64,000 nt of DNA from Microcoleus sp. (GCA_052279835.1 CP181291.1:5088001-5152000); one strand, 5' to 3'. Shown: positions 39,902 to 51,738, counted from the first letter of the stretch. Notes: generated from the sequence alone by a model not told the origin. Numbers and translations: made by a program.

Positions 39902-40207
39902 ATGCAAATGGCAAAAGTTCTCGGCACAGTTGTCAGTACCCAAAAAGAGCCTAGTCTTAGAGGATCGAAATTTCTGCTGCTGCAATTCATCAATGAAGAA
40001 GGTTCGCCAGTTCCCGGATATGAGGTAGCCGCTGACTGTGTGGGCGCTGGTATAGATGAATGGGTTTTAGTAACTAGGGGAAGCGCAGCCCGGATTGCAC
40101 CTGGAAGCGAAAACCGTCCGCTCGATGCTTTGGTGGTAGGTATTATAGATACTGTCAATGTAGAAAATCGCCTCATTTACAGTAAAAAAGACGACCCGTA
40201 CCGCTAG
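39902..40207 (+). CDS. ccmL: Carboxysome vertex pentamer CcmL
   Basis: MQMAKVLGTVVSTQK, VAADCVGAG..EWVLV and VVGIIDTV. Confidence 0.95.
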   Translation: MQMAKVLGTVVSTQKEPSLRGSKFLLLQFINEEGSPVPGYEVAADCVGAGIDEWVLVTRGSAARIAPGSENRPLDALVVGIIDTVNVENRLIYSKKDDPYR

Positions 40208-40320
40208 TTGCAACCATTAGTAGTTAGTAGAAGTTGACAGTTGACCGTTGAGAGTTAACCTTCAACAGCTAACACCTAACAGCTAACAATTTTTTTTTTC
40301 AGTTCAGGAGAACTTAACTT

Positions 40321-41953
40321 ATGGCAGCCCGCAGTGTTGCGGCTCCCCCGACGCCTTGGTCGAAAAACTTGGCAGAGCCCAAAATTCACGAAACCGCCTA
40401 TGTACATTCCTTTTCTAACATTATTGGGGATGTGCGTGTCGGTTCTAAAGTGCTGATTGCCCCAGGAACATCTATCCGCGCCGATGAAGGTACTCCTTTC
40501 CATATCGGAAATAGTACCAACATTCAAGACGGAGTGGTAATTCATGGTTTAGAACAAGGCCGAGTCACCGGAGACGATGGCAACTCTTATTCCGTTTGGG
40601 TAGGGGAAAATACTTCGCTGACTCACATGAGTTTAATTCATGGCCCGGCCTACGTAGGCGATAACTGCTTTATCGGCTTTCGCTCTACGGTGTTCAATGC
40701 CAGGGTAGGAAACGGTTGCATTGTAATGATGCACGTACTAATTCAAGATGTAGAGATTCCTCCTGGAAAGTATATACCTTCGGGAGCTGTCATCACCAAT
40801 CAGCAGCAAGCCGATCGCTTGCCAGATGTTCAAGATTCAGACGTTAAATTTGCTACCCACGTCATCGGAGTTAACGACGCTCTGAGAACTGGTTATCGCT
40901 GTGCCGACAACATCGCTTGTCTGGCACCTATTCGCAATGAACTTTCTAAAAATTCGGACATGACTCCAATCACTTATTCTACCCATGGGACCACTCAATT
41001 GAGCAATTCGCTAGTCGATAGCGTCCGCAACCTGCTAGCTCAAGGATACAGCGTCGGAGCAGAACACGCGGATGCACGTCGCTTCCGCACCGGTTCTTGG
41101 CGTAGTTGCGGACCCATCTCCTCCACCCGCGAATCTGAAGTCATCAATGCTTTGTCGGCTTGTATGAGCGAACACCAAGGGGAATACGTCCGCTTGATCG
41201 GCATTGATACCAAAGCCAAGCGTCGCGTACTTGAAGAAATTGTCCAAAGACCGGGTGACAATGGCTCTAACGGTTCTAATGGCGCGACAACTCGCCAATC
41301 TAATGGCAAAGTTGCTCAACCTGCTCACCAGAATGGCGCTGCTGCGTCCAATGGTCAATTGAGTGGGGATTTGGCTGGGACTATTCGCAGCTTGCTAGCT
41401 CAAGGCTACAAGGTGGGGACTGAACACGCTGATGCTCGTCGCTTCCGCACCAGTTTCTTGGCAAAGTGGGGCTTCTGTGCAAGCACGGAACGAATCTGAG
41501 GCGATCGCCGCTTTGCAAGCTGTGATGCAACAGTACCCAGGAGAATACGTCCGCTTAATCGGCATCGATCCCAAAGCTAAGCGCCGCGTGGTGGAAGAAA
41601 TTATTCAGCGCCCAGATGGTCCCGTTGCTCAATCTGCTCAAACAGCAGGGACCGCATCATACAAAGCAAATTCGACTGCAACAGGCAGCGCACTGTTGAG
41701 CACCAAGACGATCGAGCAAATCCGCAACCTGCTCTCCCAAGGATACAAAATTGGTACCGAACACGCCGACCCGCGCCGCTTCCGCACAGGTTCTTGGCAC
41801 AGTTGCTCGCCGATCGCCTCCAATCGCGAATCGGAAGTGATTTCTGCCCTGGAAAGCTGTCTGAAAGAACACACAGGCGATTACGTCCGCTTGCTAGGAA
41901 TTGATTCCAAGGCTAAGCGCCGGGTGTTGGAAGAGATTATTCAGCGTCCTTAA
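40321..41953 (+). CDS. ccmM: Carboxysome assembly protein CcmM (gamma-CA plus 3 RbcS-like repeats), +1 frameshift at ~41455
   Basis: Gamma-CA N-terminus ([16 protein letters not shown]) and three EHAD.RRFRT.SW...EYVRLIGID repeats. Deleting one T in ACCAGTTTCTTGG gives RFRTSSW and a 543-aa protein. Confidence 0.93.
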
Positions 41954-42158
41954 TTGGCTAGTAATTAGCATTTTTTTCCCGTTAGTTGCTGTCTAAGCTA
42001 ACGGGAGAACCGCCAGGAAATTGAAGTAAAATTTGAAAAAGTTAGCAGGGTCGAGCAATAATTATTGCTGAGAGTTAGGCTTTCTATTTATCAATAATAC
42101 CATCCAAAATATCCTTGTTAATAAACCTAAAATCCTACATCTAAAATGGTTAAGTTGA

Positions 42159-42806
42159 ATGTATTTACGGCCACTGCAATTAAGTAGCAACTCTCAAGTT
42201 TATATCAGTGGCGATGTGGTTGTTGATGAGGGTGTGGCGATCGCTCCTGGAGTGATTCTCCAAGCAGATCCAGATAGCCGGATCTCGATCGCCGCCGGTA
42301 CCTGTATCGGTATGGGAGTAATTCTTCACGCCCGTCAAGGTACTCTGGAAATCGGAGCGGGTGCGATTCTCGGCGCAGGGGTGCTAGTAGTAGGTTCGGG
42401 GGCGATCGGAGCAAATTCCTGTATCGGTGCGGGGACTACGTTGATTAATCCTTGTATTGAGCAAAGGCAAATTTTGGCAGCCGGTTCTTTGATGGGAGAT
42501 GATAGCCGCCAAATCACCGCAGAAGCAAAACCACAATCAAAACCAGAAACCTCCCCAGTCGAACCACCAGTCGAACCACCAGTCGAACCACCAGAAACTG
42601 CTCCCAAAAATCCTCTGACGCCACCGGAGACGGCTGCATCCCCCCCATCAACGCCCACAGAGCAACCTCCTCAACCCGGAGAAATACCAACCATTTTGTA
42701 CGGACAAGCTCACATCAATCGGCTGCTGGGAACGCTGTTTCCGCACCGCCAAGCTTTCAATCGATCGGAGGAAAACGGTAAAACTTTTTCTGGCGGTTCC
42801 GAGTAG
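42159..42806 (+). CDS. ccmN: Carboxysome protein CcmN
   Basis: Hexapeptide repeats, a Pro-rich linker and the encapsulation peptide YGQAHINRLLGTLFP. Confidence 0.92.
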   Translation: MYLRPLQLSSNSQVYISGDVVVDEGVAIAPGVILQADPDSRISIAAGTCIGMGVILHARQGTLEIGAGAILGAGVLVVGSGAIGANSCIGAGTTLINPCIEQRQILAAGSLMGDDSRQITAEAKPQSKPETSPVEPPVEPPVEPPETAPKNPLTPPETAASPPSTPTEQPPQPGEIPTILYGQAHINRLLGTLFPHRQAFNRSEENGKTFSGGSE

Positions 42807-43013
42807 TCGTTTTTTCGGCAAAAAGCAGCTATGCTGAAAGCAGAAAGATGAAATATAAATAGGTAATATTATATTATTATTGGTCGCCCCGCAATTTTTA
42901 ATGCCTTGTAGCAGCAATATGTGTCTTGTAGCTCATGTAATCTGTCCGATCGTCTGACACACTAAAACTATAAACAAATTTCTATTTTGGGAAGTTTCTA
43001 AGGGTAATAGAAG

Positions 43014-43787
43014 ATGAACGGACACACAAATAATCATAGTAACGAATCGCAATCTCAGCGCCAGGAATACTTCAAAGACACAGCTTTGGGTTTGGTATCC
43101 ACCAAAAGTTTTCCGGCAATTGTTGGGACTGCTGATATGATGCTGAAGTCGGCTGGAGTGATTCTAGTAGGATATGAAAAAATCGGTTCAGGTCACTGTA
43201 CGGCGATCGTCCGGGGTAGAATTTCTGATGTTCGTTTGGCTGTAGAAGCCGGAGCACAGACAGCGGAACAGTTTGGTCAATTTGTTTCTAAATTAGTCAT
43301 TGCTAGACCTTTGGCTAATTTGGAGGTAGTTTTGCCCATCGGTTTTCGCCTGACTCAACTATCTGAAAGTGGCAGTTATTCTCGTCTGAGCAATCAAGCA
43401 GTTGGTTTGCTAGAAACACGAGGATTTCCAGCAATGGTAGGAGCTTGCGATGCTATGCTCAAATCCGCAGATGTACACTTAGCAGCTTATGAGAAAATTG
43501 GGGCTGGTTTGTGCACGGCAATTATTCGCGGTGCGGTAGCCGATGTGGCTGTGGCTGTCGAAGCGGGAATGTATGAAGCTGAACGCATTGGTGAGTTAAA
43601 TGCAGTGATGGTAATTCCGAGGCCTTTGGAAGATTTGGAACAAACTTTGCCTCTGGCTAGTTGTTGGATTGAGCAGCGTCAGCCTGTAATGATGCCGATC
43701 TCGGTTAAGCAAAAGGAACAAGAATTAATTCAACTTCCAGATTTGGAGAAGTTGACAGTTTCTGTGGAAGAGGAATTGAATAGGTAG
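43014..43787 (+). CDS. ccmO: Carboxysome tandem-BMC protein CcmO
   Basis: Two BMC domains; position after ccmN. Confidence 0.92.
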   Translation: MNGHTNNHSNESQSQRQEYFKDTALGLVSTKSFPAIVGTADMMLKSAGVILVGYEKIGSGHCTAIVRGRISDVRLAVEAGAQTAEQFGQFVSKLVIARPLANLEVVLPIGFRLTQLSESGSYSRLSNQAVGLLETRGFPAMVGACDAMLKSADVHLAAYEKIGAGLCTAIIRGAVADVAVAVEAGMYEAERIGELNAVMVIPRPLEDLEQTLPLASCWIEQRQPVMMPISVKQKEQELIQLPDLEKLTVSVEEELNR

Positions 43788-44281
43788 TTGGGTAATTGGT
43801 AATGGGTAATTGGTAATCGGGAATTGGTAATCGGGAATTGTTCATGGGGAATTGCCAATTTGACCATAAACTTGCGGAAAATACTTACAAAAGATTATCA
43901 ATTAATGTATCAAATTTCATTTTGGGAAGTGCGTACAATAATCAGACCCAGTTGCTGATTTAAGTTGAATTGGGCGATCGAGCCATAGTTATTCAAGAAT
44001 CAGACACAAAACAGCAACTCAAAGGAAATTTTTGAGTTGAACTTGGTATTGTAAATAATCGAACTTGGTAAGTCAGTTGAGCCTCGGTTACAGATCTCTC
44101 CAGAAGATCGAAAAGCTGTTAAAATCAACCTAAAATCCTGTTTTCGGTAGATAGCTTAGAATAATTTTCTGGGTAATCTGATCGCAGGTGGGAAAACAAG
44201 AAAAATTCAACGGTTGTCCAACTAAAAACTGAGTCTAAACGAATCAAATCCCAGAATCTAGCAATCTTGAAAGTTTGACCT

Positions 44282-45325
44282 ATGAACGTTAAGCAATTTT
44301 ACAAACGCGGTTTACAAAACGCCAAAAAAGGAAACTACTTCGAGGCGATCGACGAATTCGATCGCATACTGCAACTCAACCCAACCGATGCCAAAGCCTA
44401 TAACAATCGCGGCTTAGTCTACTATTACATGAAAGACTACCAAAAAGCAATAGCAGACCTGAGCCAAGCACTGGATCTCAATCCTAATTTATTCGAGGCA
44501 TACCTCAATCGAGGCAATGCTTGGCGACATCTTGGAGAACACGAAAAAGCTATTGACGACCTCAACTGCGCTCTAGAAAATAATCCTGACAGCCATGCTA
44601 TCTACAACAACCGCGGACTTGTACTTGCTAATTTAGGACATTACGAAGAAGCAATTCAAGACTACGATCGAGCTATATCCATCAATTCCCAAAATTATAA
44701 AACCTATTACAACCGGGGACGCGCTTACTACCTGTTGGGAAACAAGGAGGCCGCAACGGATAATTTTAACGAAACCCTACGCCGGAATCCTAAATATATC
44801 AAAGCCTACATAAATCGCGGTCTTTCTTATCACCAATTAGGAGATAATACTCAGGCGATCGCCGATTACAATACGGCACTGGGTATCGACCCCAAAAATG
44901 TCTATGCCTATTATAACCGAGGTTGCGTCCGCTACAAGCTAAAACAGATGAAACTTGCCATTGAAGACTTTGACAAAGCAGTAGAAATCGATCCAAACTA
45001 TGTCAAAGCATATCTCAACCGGGGTTTAGCTCTGTATAAACTGGGAGATATTACGACAGCAAACAAGGATTTTTATCATGTAATGTGCATTAATGCTGAA
45101 GCTTATTCATACTATCAAGCACAGCGTTGTACCCCAGATATTAATTCCTACTTCAAGGAAGCGCCACAAATGGAACTGAATAATGCTGTGGAATACTACA
45201 ACACAACATTAAACAATACAATGTCAACTTCATTCAGTTCCGCAGCCTTAAACTCAGTCTGGAATCAAGAAGATTTGGACAAAAGAGATTCTATTATCTG
45301 CGAAGGTGAATTTATGAATGAATGA
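44282..45325 (+). CDS. Tetratricopeptide repeat protein
   Basis: About 8 repeats of AY(N/L/Y/I)NRG. Confidence 0.9.
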   Translation: MNVKQFYKRGLQNAKKGNYFEAIDEFDRILQLNPTDAKAYNNRGLVYYYMKDYQKAIADLSQALDLNPNLFEAYLNRGNAWRHLGEHEKAIDDLNCALENNPDSHAIYNNRGLVLANLGHYEEAIQDYDRAISINSQNYKTYYNRGRAYYLLGNKEAATDNFNETLRRNPKYIKAYINRGLSYHQLGDNTQAIADYNTALGIDPKNVYAYYNRGCVRYKLKQMKLAIEDFDKAVEIDPNYVKAYLNRGLALYKLGDITTANKDFYHVMCINAEAYSYYQAQRCTPDINSYFKEAPQMELNNAVEYYNTTLNNTMSTSFSSAALNSVWNQEDLDKRDSIICEGEFMNE

Positions 45326-45393
45326 ATGATTGATTTAGTTATTAGTTATTGACGGTGCCGGCTCAGCTTAATCGAATGGTCTTATCGTTGACC

Positions 45394-45532
45394 GTTGTAT
45401 CCTAATGATTTAACCACAGAGAACACAGAGAACACAGAGAGATCGGAGAGAAATTAATAATTCCGATGAAGAGAGGAATTGATATCATTAGTTAATAGGT
45501 AGGTTGGGTCGAGATCGCGAAACCCAACCTAC
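45394..45532. repeat. Partial family E element plus a GTAG-type REP hairpin between convergent genes
   Basis: AACCACAGAGAACACAGAG core ending in GGAATTGATAT (45485); GTAGGTTGGGT...ACCCAACCTAC at 45499-45532. Confidence 0.7.
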
Positions 45533-45558
45533 TTTTAAATTCCTGACTACGAACCGAA

Positions 45559-46857
45559 CTAAATACTGCTCATTACTTCACGAGCAGCGGCCAAAGTGCG
45601 ATCGATATCTTCCTCGGTATGAGCCAAAGAAGTAAATCCAGCCTCAAACTGCGAAGGAGCTAGATAAATTCCGTGCTCCAACATTCCTCGGTGAAAGCGG
45701 CCGAACTTAGCCACATCAGACTTTTTCGCATCCTCGTAATTGTGAACCGGGCCCGCTGCAAAAAACAAACCAAACATCCCGCTAATTTGGCCACCACAAG
45801 CAGCGTGTCCCGTTTCTTTGGCAATTTGCAACAAACCGTTAGAAAGTTTTTTAGTAATTCTATCCAACTGTTCGTAAGTACCAGGTTTTTGCAACAATTC
45901 CAAAGTCTTAATCCCCGCCGTCATCGCTAAAGGATTTCCCGACAGCGTACCCGCTTGATACATCGGCCCTGCTGGAGCAACCATTGCCATAATATCGCGT
46001 CTGCCTCCGTAAGCTCCCACAGGCAAACCGCCACCGATAACTTTACCGAGAGTTGTCAAATCCGGGGTGACACCAAATTTTTCCTGAGCTCCACCGTAGG
46101 CGATGCGGAAACCGGTCATTACTTCATCAAATACTAGCAAAGCACCATTATCTTTAGTAATTTCCCGTAAACCTTCGAGAAAACCTGCATCTGGTACAAT
46201 AAATCCAGCATTACCCACCACAGGCTCCAGCATCACGCCTGCGATCTCGCCCGGATTTTCGGCAAATAAAGCCTTTACGGCTTCCAAGTCGTTGTAGGGA
46301 GCGTTGAGGGTGTTTGCGGTAACGGATTTCGGTACGCCGGGGGAGTCGGGAAGGCCGAGGGTGGCGACACCGGAACCCGCTTTTACTAAGAACATATCGG
46401 CGTGCCCGTGATAGCAGCCTTCAAATTTAATCAGTTTGTCGCGCCCGGTGAAGGCTCGCATGAGGCGCAAAACGGCCATGCAGGCTTCGGTGCCGGAATT
46501 GACAAATCTCACCATTTCAATGCTGGGAACGGCATCAATCACCATTTCAGCAAGCACATTTTCCAAGAGGGAAGGGGCCCCGAAACTGGTACCTTTTTCT
46601 AAGGATTCGTGAAGGGCTTTGATGACTTCGGGGTGGGCGTGGCCGCAGATGGCGGGGCCCCAAGTGCCTACATAGTCAATGTATTGGTTTTGATCGACAT
46701 CCCAAATGTAGGCTCCGTTGACGCGATCGAATACAATAGGTTGTCCGCCTACGGATTTGAAGGCCCTCACCGGGGAGCTGACGCCACCGGGCATCAATTT
46801 TTGGGCTGCGGCGAATATTTCTTCTGATTTGGTTGTTTTCAAGGTTGTGGAAACCAA
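45559..46857 (-). CDS. hemL: Glutamate-1-semialdehyde 2,1-aminomutase
   Basis: [25 protein letters not shown] and [10 protein letters not shown]. Confidence 0.97.
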   Translation of the reverse strand: MVSTTLKTTKSEEIFAAAQKLMPGGVSSPVRAFKSVGGQPIVFDRVNGAYIWDVDQNQYIDYVGTWGPAICGHAHPEVIKALHESLEKGTSFGAPSLLENVLAEMVIDAVPSIEMVRFVNSGTEACMAVLRLMRAFTGRDKLIKFEGCYHGHADMFLVKAGSGVATLGLPDSPGVPKSVTANTLNAPYNDLEAVKALFAENPGEIAGVMLEPVVGNAGFIVPDAGFLEGLREITKDNGALLVFDEVMTGFRIAYGGAQEKFGVTPDLTTLGKVIGGGLPVGAYGGRRDIMAMVAPAGPMYQAGTLSGNPLAMTAGIKTLELLQKPGTYEQLDRITKKLSNGLLQIAKETGHAACGGQISGMFGLFFAAGPVHNYEDAKKSDVAKFGRFHRGMLEHGIYLAPSQFEAGFTSLAHTEEDIDRTLAAAREVMSSI

Positions 46858-47214
46858 TGTTTTCTCCTTAGTTAACGTCTGTTGTTGGTAGGATAATTTT
46901 ATAGCCAGTTCAGCATAAAGGTGAGGTCAATGCCAGGAAACTATGCTTGTAGATTTTAGAGTACAAACCACGTTGTAGCAATACTAGCTTGGGTTTTTCA
47001 GCCTTAGTCCCACTACCACCGTGAAGCGAAGCTATCCCGTAGGGAATCTCCCTCAAGTGTAATAATTTGTAAAATAGTTCTTGACAATTTACCCATCGCT
47101 AGGTAAATCTCCTCTCTTCTCTAACTCTGCGTCCTCTGCGCTCTCTGCGGTTAATTTGAAAAAAAATATCGGAAAAGAAAGCGTAAATGTATATTAAATA
47201 GTTGAAATAAAATT

Positions 47215-47865
47215 ATGTCTGTTAGTGATTTGTCTAGTTTAAGCCGATCGATCCCAATTGAAAAGATCCGTTACGACGATCGAGGTTTAGTACCAGCCAT
47301 CGTCCAAGATTATTTAGACGGTACGGTGTTGATGATGGCATGGATGAATCGCGAGTCTCTGCAAAAAACCCTCGAAACCGGTCAAACTTGGTTCTGGAGT
47401 CGATCGCGTTCCGAATTGTGGCCAAAAGGCGCGACTTCGGGACACGTTCAAAATGTCAAAGGGCTGCGTTATGACTGCGATAGCGATGCGTTGTTAGTCA
47501 CAGTCGAACAAGTCGGAGATATTGCTTGTCACACCGGAGAAAGAAGTTGCTTTCACCAAGTGGATGGGCAAATTGTAGCGCCGCCTGGAGATATGCTTTC
47601 TCAATTATTTGCGGTAATTTGCGATCGGCGCGACAACCCCAACGAAACTTCTTATACTTGTAAATTGTTCGCGGGTGGCGACAATAAAATTCTCAAAAAA
47701 ATTGGGGAAGAATCGGCCGAAGTCGTGATGGCTTGCAAAGATGACGACAAAGATGGAATTGCTGGGGAAGTTGCGGATCTATTTTATCACGCTTTGGTGG
47801 CGATCGCTCACCATCAAGTAGATTTGAGAGATGTTTATCGCAAATTGGGCGATCGACGAAAATAA
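47215..47865 (+). CDS. hisIE: Bifunctional phosphoribosyl-AMP cyclohydrolase / phosphoribosyl-ATP diphosphatase
   Basis: [24 protein letters not shown] and KKIGEE..EVADL. Confidence 0.96.
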   Translation: MSVSDLSSLSRSIPIEKIRYDDRGLVPAIVQDYLDGTVLMMAWMNRESLQKTLETGQTWFWSRSRSELWPKGATSGHVQNVKGLRYDCDSDALLVTVEQVGDIACHTGERSCFHQVDGQIVAPPGDMLSQLFAVICDRRDNPNETSYTCKLFAGGDNKILKKIGEESAEVVMACKDDDKDGIAGEVADLFYHALVAIAHHQVDLRDVYRKLGDRRK

Positions 47866-47935
47866 GTTAATCGGATTGATTAAACCGCGAAGACACGAAG
47901 AGCGCGAAGGAAGAACCGGATCTTCTTCTTTTTAA

Positions 47936-48033
47936 CTGGGAACCCATATATAGAGGCTCTGCCTCGGTTGGAAAGATAAAAATGGAGGCAGAGCCTCCCG
48001 ATCGGCATTACCAGGCTCCAGCCTGGTAACGAG
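47936..48033. repeat. REP-like family C copy
   Basis: GAGGCTCTGCCTC...GAGGCAGAGCCTC...TTACCAGGCTCCAGCCTGGTAACGAG. Confidence 0.8.
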
Positions 48034-48085
48034 TAGAAGGACTCTTCGTCCTTACTACAAACAGATAATAGTATCGCGACTTTCC

Positions 48086-50209
48086 TTAGAAAGTAAAAGT
48101 AGTGCGGAGGACACCCACTCCTACCGTGTCATTATTCTTAGTTCCTTCAGGATTGAACAGCACAAAAGCTCCCGGTGTAATGCTGATATTATCGTTGACT
48201 TTGAAGCGATAATAAGCTTCTAAATGATAAGGAGTGGCTTTATTTTCCTGAAAACGAGCACCGCCACTTACCGAATCGCGATCGAGCGGCTGTCCAAACA
48301 GAATACCTGCATTATTGCCCTGTGCGAACAAATCTCGGAAATGGAAACCTACCATCCAACTGTTGAAAGTTGTAGAAGCATTACTTCTTTCAGCATCAGC
48401 AATTATCCAACCTCCATAGGTAGAAACAGCAACTTTCGGAGAAAGCCGCCAGGTTGCAGTACCGCCAAAGGAATTCATCGTGACACCACCGCCAACAGGT
48501 TGTCTATTTGCTCCCAAAATTGAACCCAAATCAGCATCACTTAATCCTGTAGCCAGAATATTCAATTGGTGGCGGCTGTGAGCGTAATTCAAACCAATGT
48601 CAATACTACTGGTAGGCTTAATAGTTAACTGTGCCGCAGCCACGGTACTGCCATTAAATAAACCCGCCCCTAACGGAGTCCCTGGAAAGCCTAAATCAGT
48701 TGGCAAAGCTGCATTTACACTGCCGTACAATGCTGTGAGATTGACTTTTTTGGAAACGTTCCAAATAAACCCGCCAGCCGATGCCAAACCGCTGCCAGAA
48801 GTGCCACCAGATACGCGGACAACAGGGTTATACCCTCCAAATCTAGAAATAGCTTCTTGCCCTTCTCCAGCAAAGGGAGTAATTGCTTGAAAAGCATCGG
48901 AAGTTTCTGCTTTCGGGCCGGCAAATAAAGTGATGTTCTTAGAAACTGGAAAGACGTAAAGCAGCTTGTAAAGTTCAATAGAATTGGCATTAATGCTCGA
49001 TAGAGTCTGAGGATTGATTCCGGGGAATTGCGGTTCAAAACTCAGTTTTGCTTGACTGTCAGACAAACCGCTAAATGCCCCTGTTGACAAACCTAAATTC
49101 GGGCCGAAGCTGGTAATGTTGTAAGCTTGCAAGCCCGTTATCAGCGTATCTTTCCCTGTAAAACTGGTCAGCAGATTCAAACGCACTCGGTAGTTTAAGA
49201 CTGTTTCAGTCTCCCTGTGATTGTTTTTGGTAGTATCAGCCACGCTAAAAATTGCTTCGCCGCTGAGTTTAGTTGTTGTCGAAAATTGATTGGCTTCTAG
49301 TTCGGAAGTACGAGCTTCTAACGCATCGACTCTACCGCGCAAAGTTGCTAATTCTGCTGCAAATTCTTCTTGCAATCTTTGCAGTTTTGTTAAATCTTCT
49401 TTGGTGGCTAAGTTGGTCGTACCTGCTTTAATTAGCTCGTTAACTTTATCCAAGCAAGCGTTTAAACCGGCGGCAAATTCGTAGCGAGTCATTGCCCGAT
49501 TTCCTCGGAATGTACCATCGGGATATCCCGCTATGCAGCCATATCTTTCTACAAGAGATTGCAGGGCTTGAAATGCCCAGTCTGTCGGGCGCACGTCGGA
49601 GAGTTGAGATACAGATGTTACTTGTTGCAGTTGGCTTGACTCTGAAGCTTCGTTCTTGGTTGCTGCGGGTTCTAAGGAACTGCTGTTTTCGATTTCCGCT
49701 AACTTTTGGGAAGTAGAAGTGTCTGTAGATGTTGGTGGGTTTTGGGCAGGAATAACAGATGTTTGGGCCGTAGATTCTGCTGGTGTCTGCGGGTTTTGGG
49801 CAGGAATCGCAGATATTTCTGCTGTAAGCGTTGCTGGTTCTGGGTTTGCTGGTTTTTCTGCTAAATTTAAGGAGTTTTCAGCCGGATTTTCTGCGGTAAA
49901 TGCTGCTGTTTGTGGGCGATCGCCTTTAGCGGTGTCTTGGGGGAGATTTGCGAGTTCGTTGGCTGTTGAGAGGGGATAGCCCCTGTTTTCAAATTCCAAC
50001 GCCTCGGCTGGTTTTAACTCACCTATTCCCGGACTTTTGACCTGATTTTCAACGCTTGTCAGACTTATTTCAGTTTCTAATGGTTTCAACTCTTCAGTAG
50101 CTAATGTCTCTTTCTCTGCAACTGGAGCCATCGCTGCTAATGGTAGAGTACCGACAAGTAAATACAGTAAACCTATGCCACCAGCCCTAAATAGTAGACG
50201 TGCTTTCAT
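48086..50209 (-). CDS. Cyanobacterial outer-membrane porin (SLH plus OprB-type barrel) with a long low-complexity N-terminus
   Basis: QVTSVSQLSDVRPTDWAFQALQSLVERYGC SLH domain, FSTTTKL, and C-terminal LRTTFTF. Confidence 0.93.
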   Translation of the reverse strand: MKARLLFRAGGIGLLYLLVGTLPLAAMAPVAEKETLATEELKPLETEISLTSVENQVKSPGIGELKPAEALEFENRGYPLSTANELANLPQDTAKGDRPQTAAFTAENPAENSLNLAEKPANPEPATLTAEISAIPAQNPQTPAESTAQTSVIPAQNPPTSTDTSTSQKLAEIENSSSLEPAATKNEASESSQLQQVTSVSQLSDVRPTDWAFQALQSLVERYGCIAGYPDGTFRGNRAMTRYEFAAGLNACLDKVNELIKAGTTNLATKEDLTKLQRLQEEFAAELATLRGRVDALEARTSELEANQFSTTTKLSGEAIFSVADTTKNNHRETETVLNYRVRLNLLTSFTGKDTLITGLQAYNITSFGPNLGLSTGAFSGLSDSQAKLSFEPQFPGINPQTLSSINANSIELYKLLYVFPVSKNITLFAGPKAETSDAFQAITPFAGEGQEAISRFGGYNPVVRVSGGTSGSGLASAGGFIWNVSKKVNLTALYGSVNAALPTDLGFPGTPLGAGLFNGSTVAAAQLTIKPTSSIDIGLNYAHSRHQLNILATGLSDADLGSILGANRQPVGGGVTMNSFGGTATWRLSPKVAVSTYGGWIIADAERSNASTTFNSWMVGFHFRDLFAQGNNAGILFGQPLDRDSVSGGARFQENKATPYHLEAYYRFKVNDNISITPGAFVLFNPEGTKNNDTVGVGVLRTTFTF

Positions 50210-50365
50210 TACAAATACTCACCAAATAAATTGTTAAATTGCTATTACGTTTTCCAAATTATAAATTTATTTGGTATTCACAAACACAGATGTTGAAATT
50301 AAAATTTTTTATAGGTTTCATAAGAATAAGCATAATTAAATATCGCAAAACAGGTAGTTAGGCAA

Positions 50366-51619
50366 CTACTTTGTTAACCGGCGATCGACAATCTGCAAAA
50401 TCAAGATAGCAACGCTGACACTCAAAGCCAAACCCAACCAAAAATTATTCGCTGCAAATTGTCCTCTATCCAAAGCCCAACCACCCAAAGGTGGCCCGAT
50501 TAAATAGCCGATCGCCCAACACTGAGAATTAATTGACAAATACACGCCCCGCAAAGACTCTGGGGCTAATTCCACCACCAAAGCAGAAGCAAAAGGAGTG
50601 TAAGCAACCGTTGCAACTGACAAGAAAAACAAGCCTAAAATAGCTAAAAACAGATTACCACTTGTAGCTATTCCCGTTAAGCCGATCGCGATAAATCCGA
50701 TACCCCACAGCAAAGCAGAAATCATCAAGGCTCGCGGACAAGAAAACCGTCTCAGCGCCCTAGCAATCGGCATTTGCAAGGTCACAGTCAAAAAAGTGCT
50801 AAAAGCAAACAAAATAGTAATTGTAGCCGTAGAAAAGCCCTTTTCCGATGCACCAATCGCCACAAAATTGCTAAAGTACAACGGCATCGTCGTTTGGATT
50901 TGGGAAATATACAATGTGAACAGAGTATTGACAACAGCATAAATTAGCAACGTGCGATCGCTCAACGCCACCATCCAGCCATTTTGCTGAAGTTTTTTAC
51001 CTATTTCCGGTGAAGTAGATGGTTTGTAGGTTTCCGAAATCGCCCCCCAAACTACCGCAAAAAATATCACAAACGAGATACCATCAATTATAAACAGCGA
51101 TCGATAATTCCCCGTTACCGCAATCAAAAAACCCCCTAAAATAATCCCCACCTGCAAACCCAAATTATCCGCCAGTCGCGTCAAAGCAAAAGCCTCTTGG
51201 CGATGTTCCCCATCAGCCAAATCCGCCACCATACTTTCGGTTGCAGGCCAATATAACCCAACACCAAAACCCATTAGTAAATTTGCCACAACTAAGCTGG
51301 GAAAATCCTTAGCAGCCGCCAACAAGAAAGAAGCCACAGCCGAAATAATTGCTGAAAGTAATAAAGTTCGTCGCCGTCCCATTTTTGGGGAATCAGAAAA
51401 AGAACCGCCCAAAATTCGACCAAATATCCCAGAAATAGAACCACTTCCCAAACCAATCCCCACCGCAGTAGCAGATAAACCGACTTGAGAGACAAAATAG
51501 ATGGGGGCGTAAAATAAGGTAAAACCAGTGCCACTTTGGGAGAGGAATCTGCCAAAAGCCAGAATCCATACTTGATGAGGTAGACGGGGAAACCAAGATG
51601 GTAATTTAGGCACTTTCAA
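50366..51619 (-). CDS. MFS transporter
   Basis: GSFSD...GRRR motif A and roughly 12 hydrophobic segments. Confidence 0.88.
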   Translation of the reverse strand: MKVPKLPSWFPRLPHQVWILAFGRFLSQSGTGFTLFYAPIYFVSQVGLSATAVGIGLGSGSISGIFGRILGGSFSDSPKMGRRRTLLLSAIISAVASFLLAAAKDFPSLVVANLLMGFGVGLYWPATESMVADLADGEHRQEAFALTRLADNLGLQVGIILGGFLIAVTGNYRSLFIIDGISFVIFFAVVWGAISETYKPSTSPEIGKKLQQNGWMVALSDRTLLIYAVVNTLFTLYISQIQTTMPLYFSNFVAIGASEKGFSTATITILFAFSTFLTVTLQMPIARALRRFSCPRALMISALLWGIGFIAIGLTGIATSGNLFLAILGLFFLSVATVAYTPFASALVVELAPESLRGVYLSINSQCWAIGYLIGPPLGGWALDRGQFAANNFWLGLALSVSVAILILQIVDRRLTK

Positions 51620-51738
51620 TAAAAATTATTACTCAATTACACAAAAGTTAGCATTAAATTTAAAATACTTAACACCATTTGAGAAAAAAACTGGTTAAGC
51701 TCTAAAAAGAGGCCGAAAAAATTTTAGAGTATAAGTTT

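Noticed and set aside
41432..41953. Separate 173-aa gene or programmed ribosomal frameshift product
   Set aside because: It is the 3' part of ccmM. There is no slippery heptamer, and the shared motif is antisense here, favouring an indel error.
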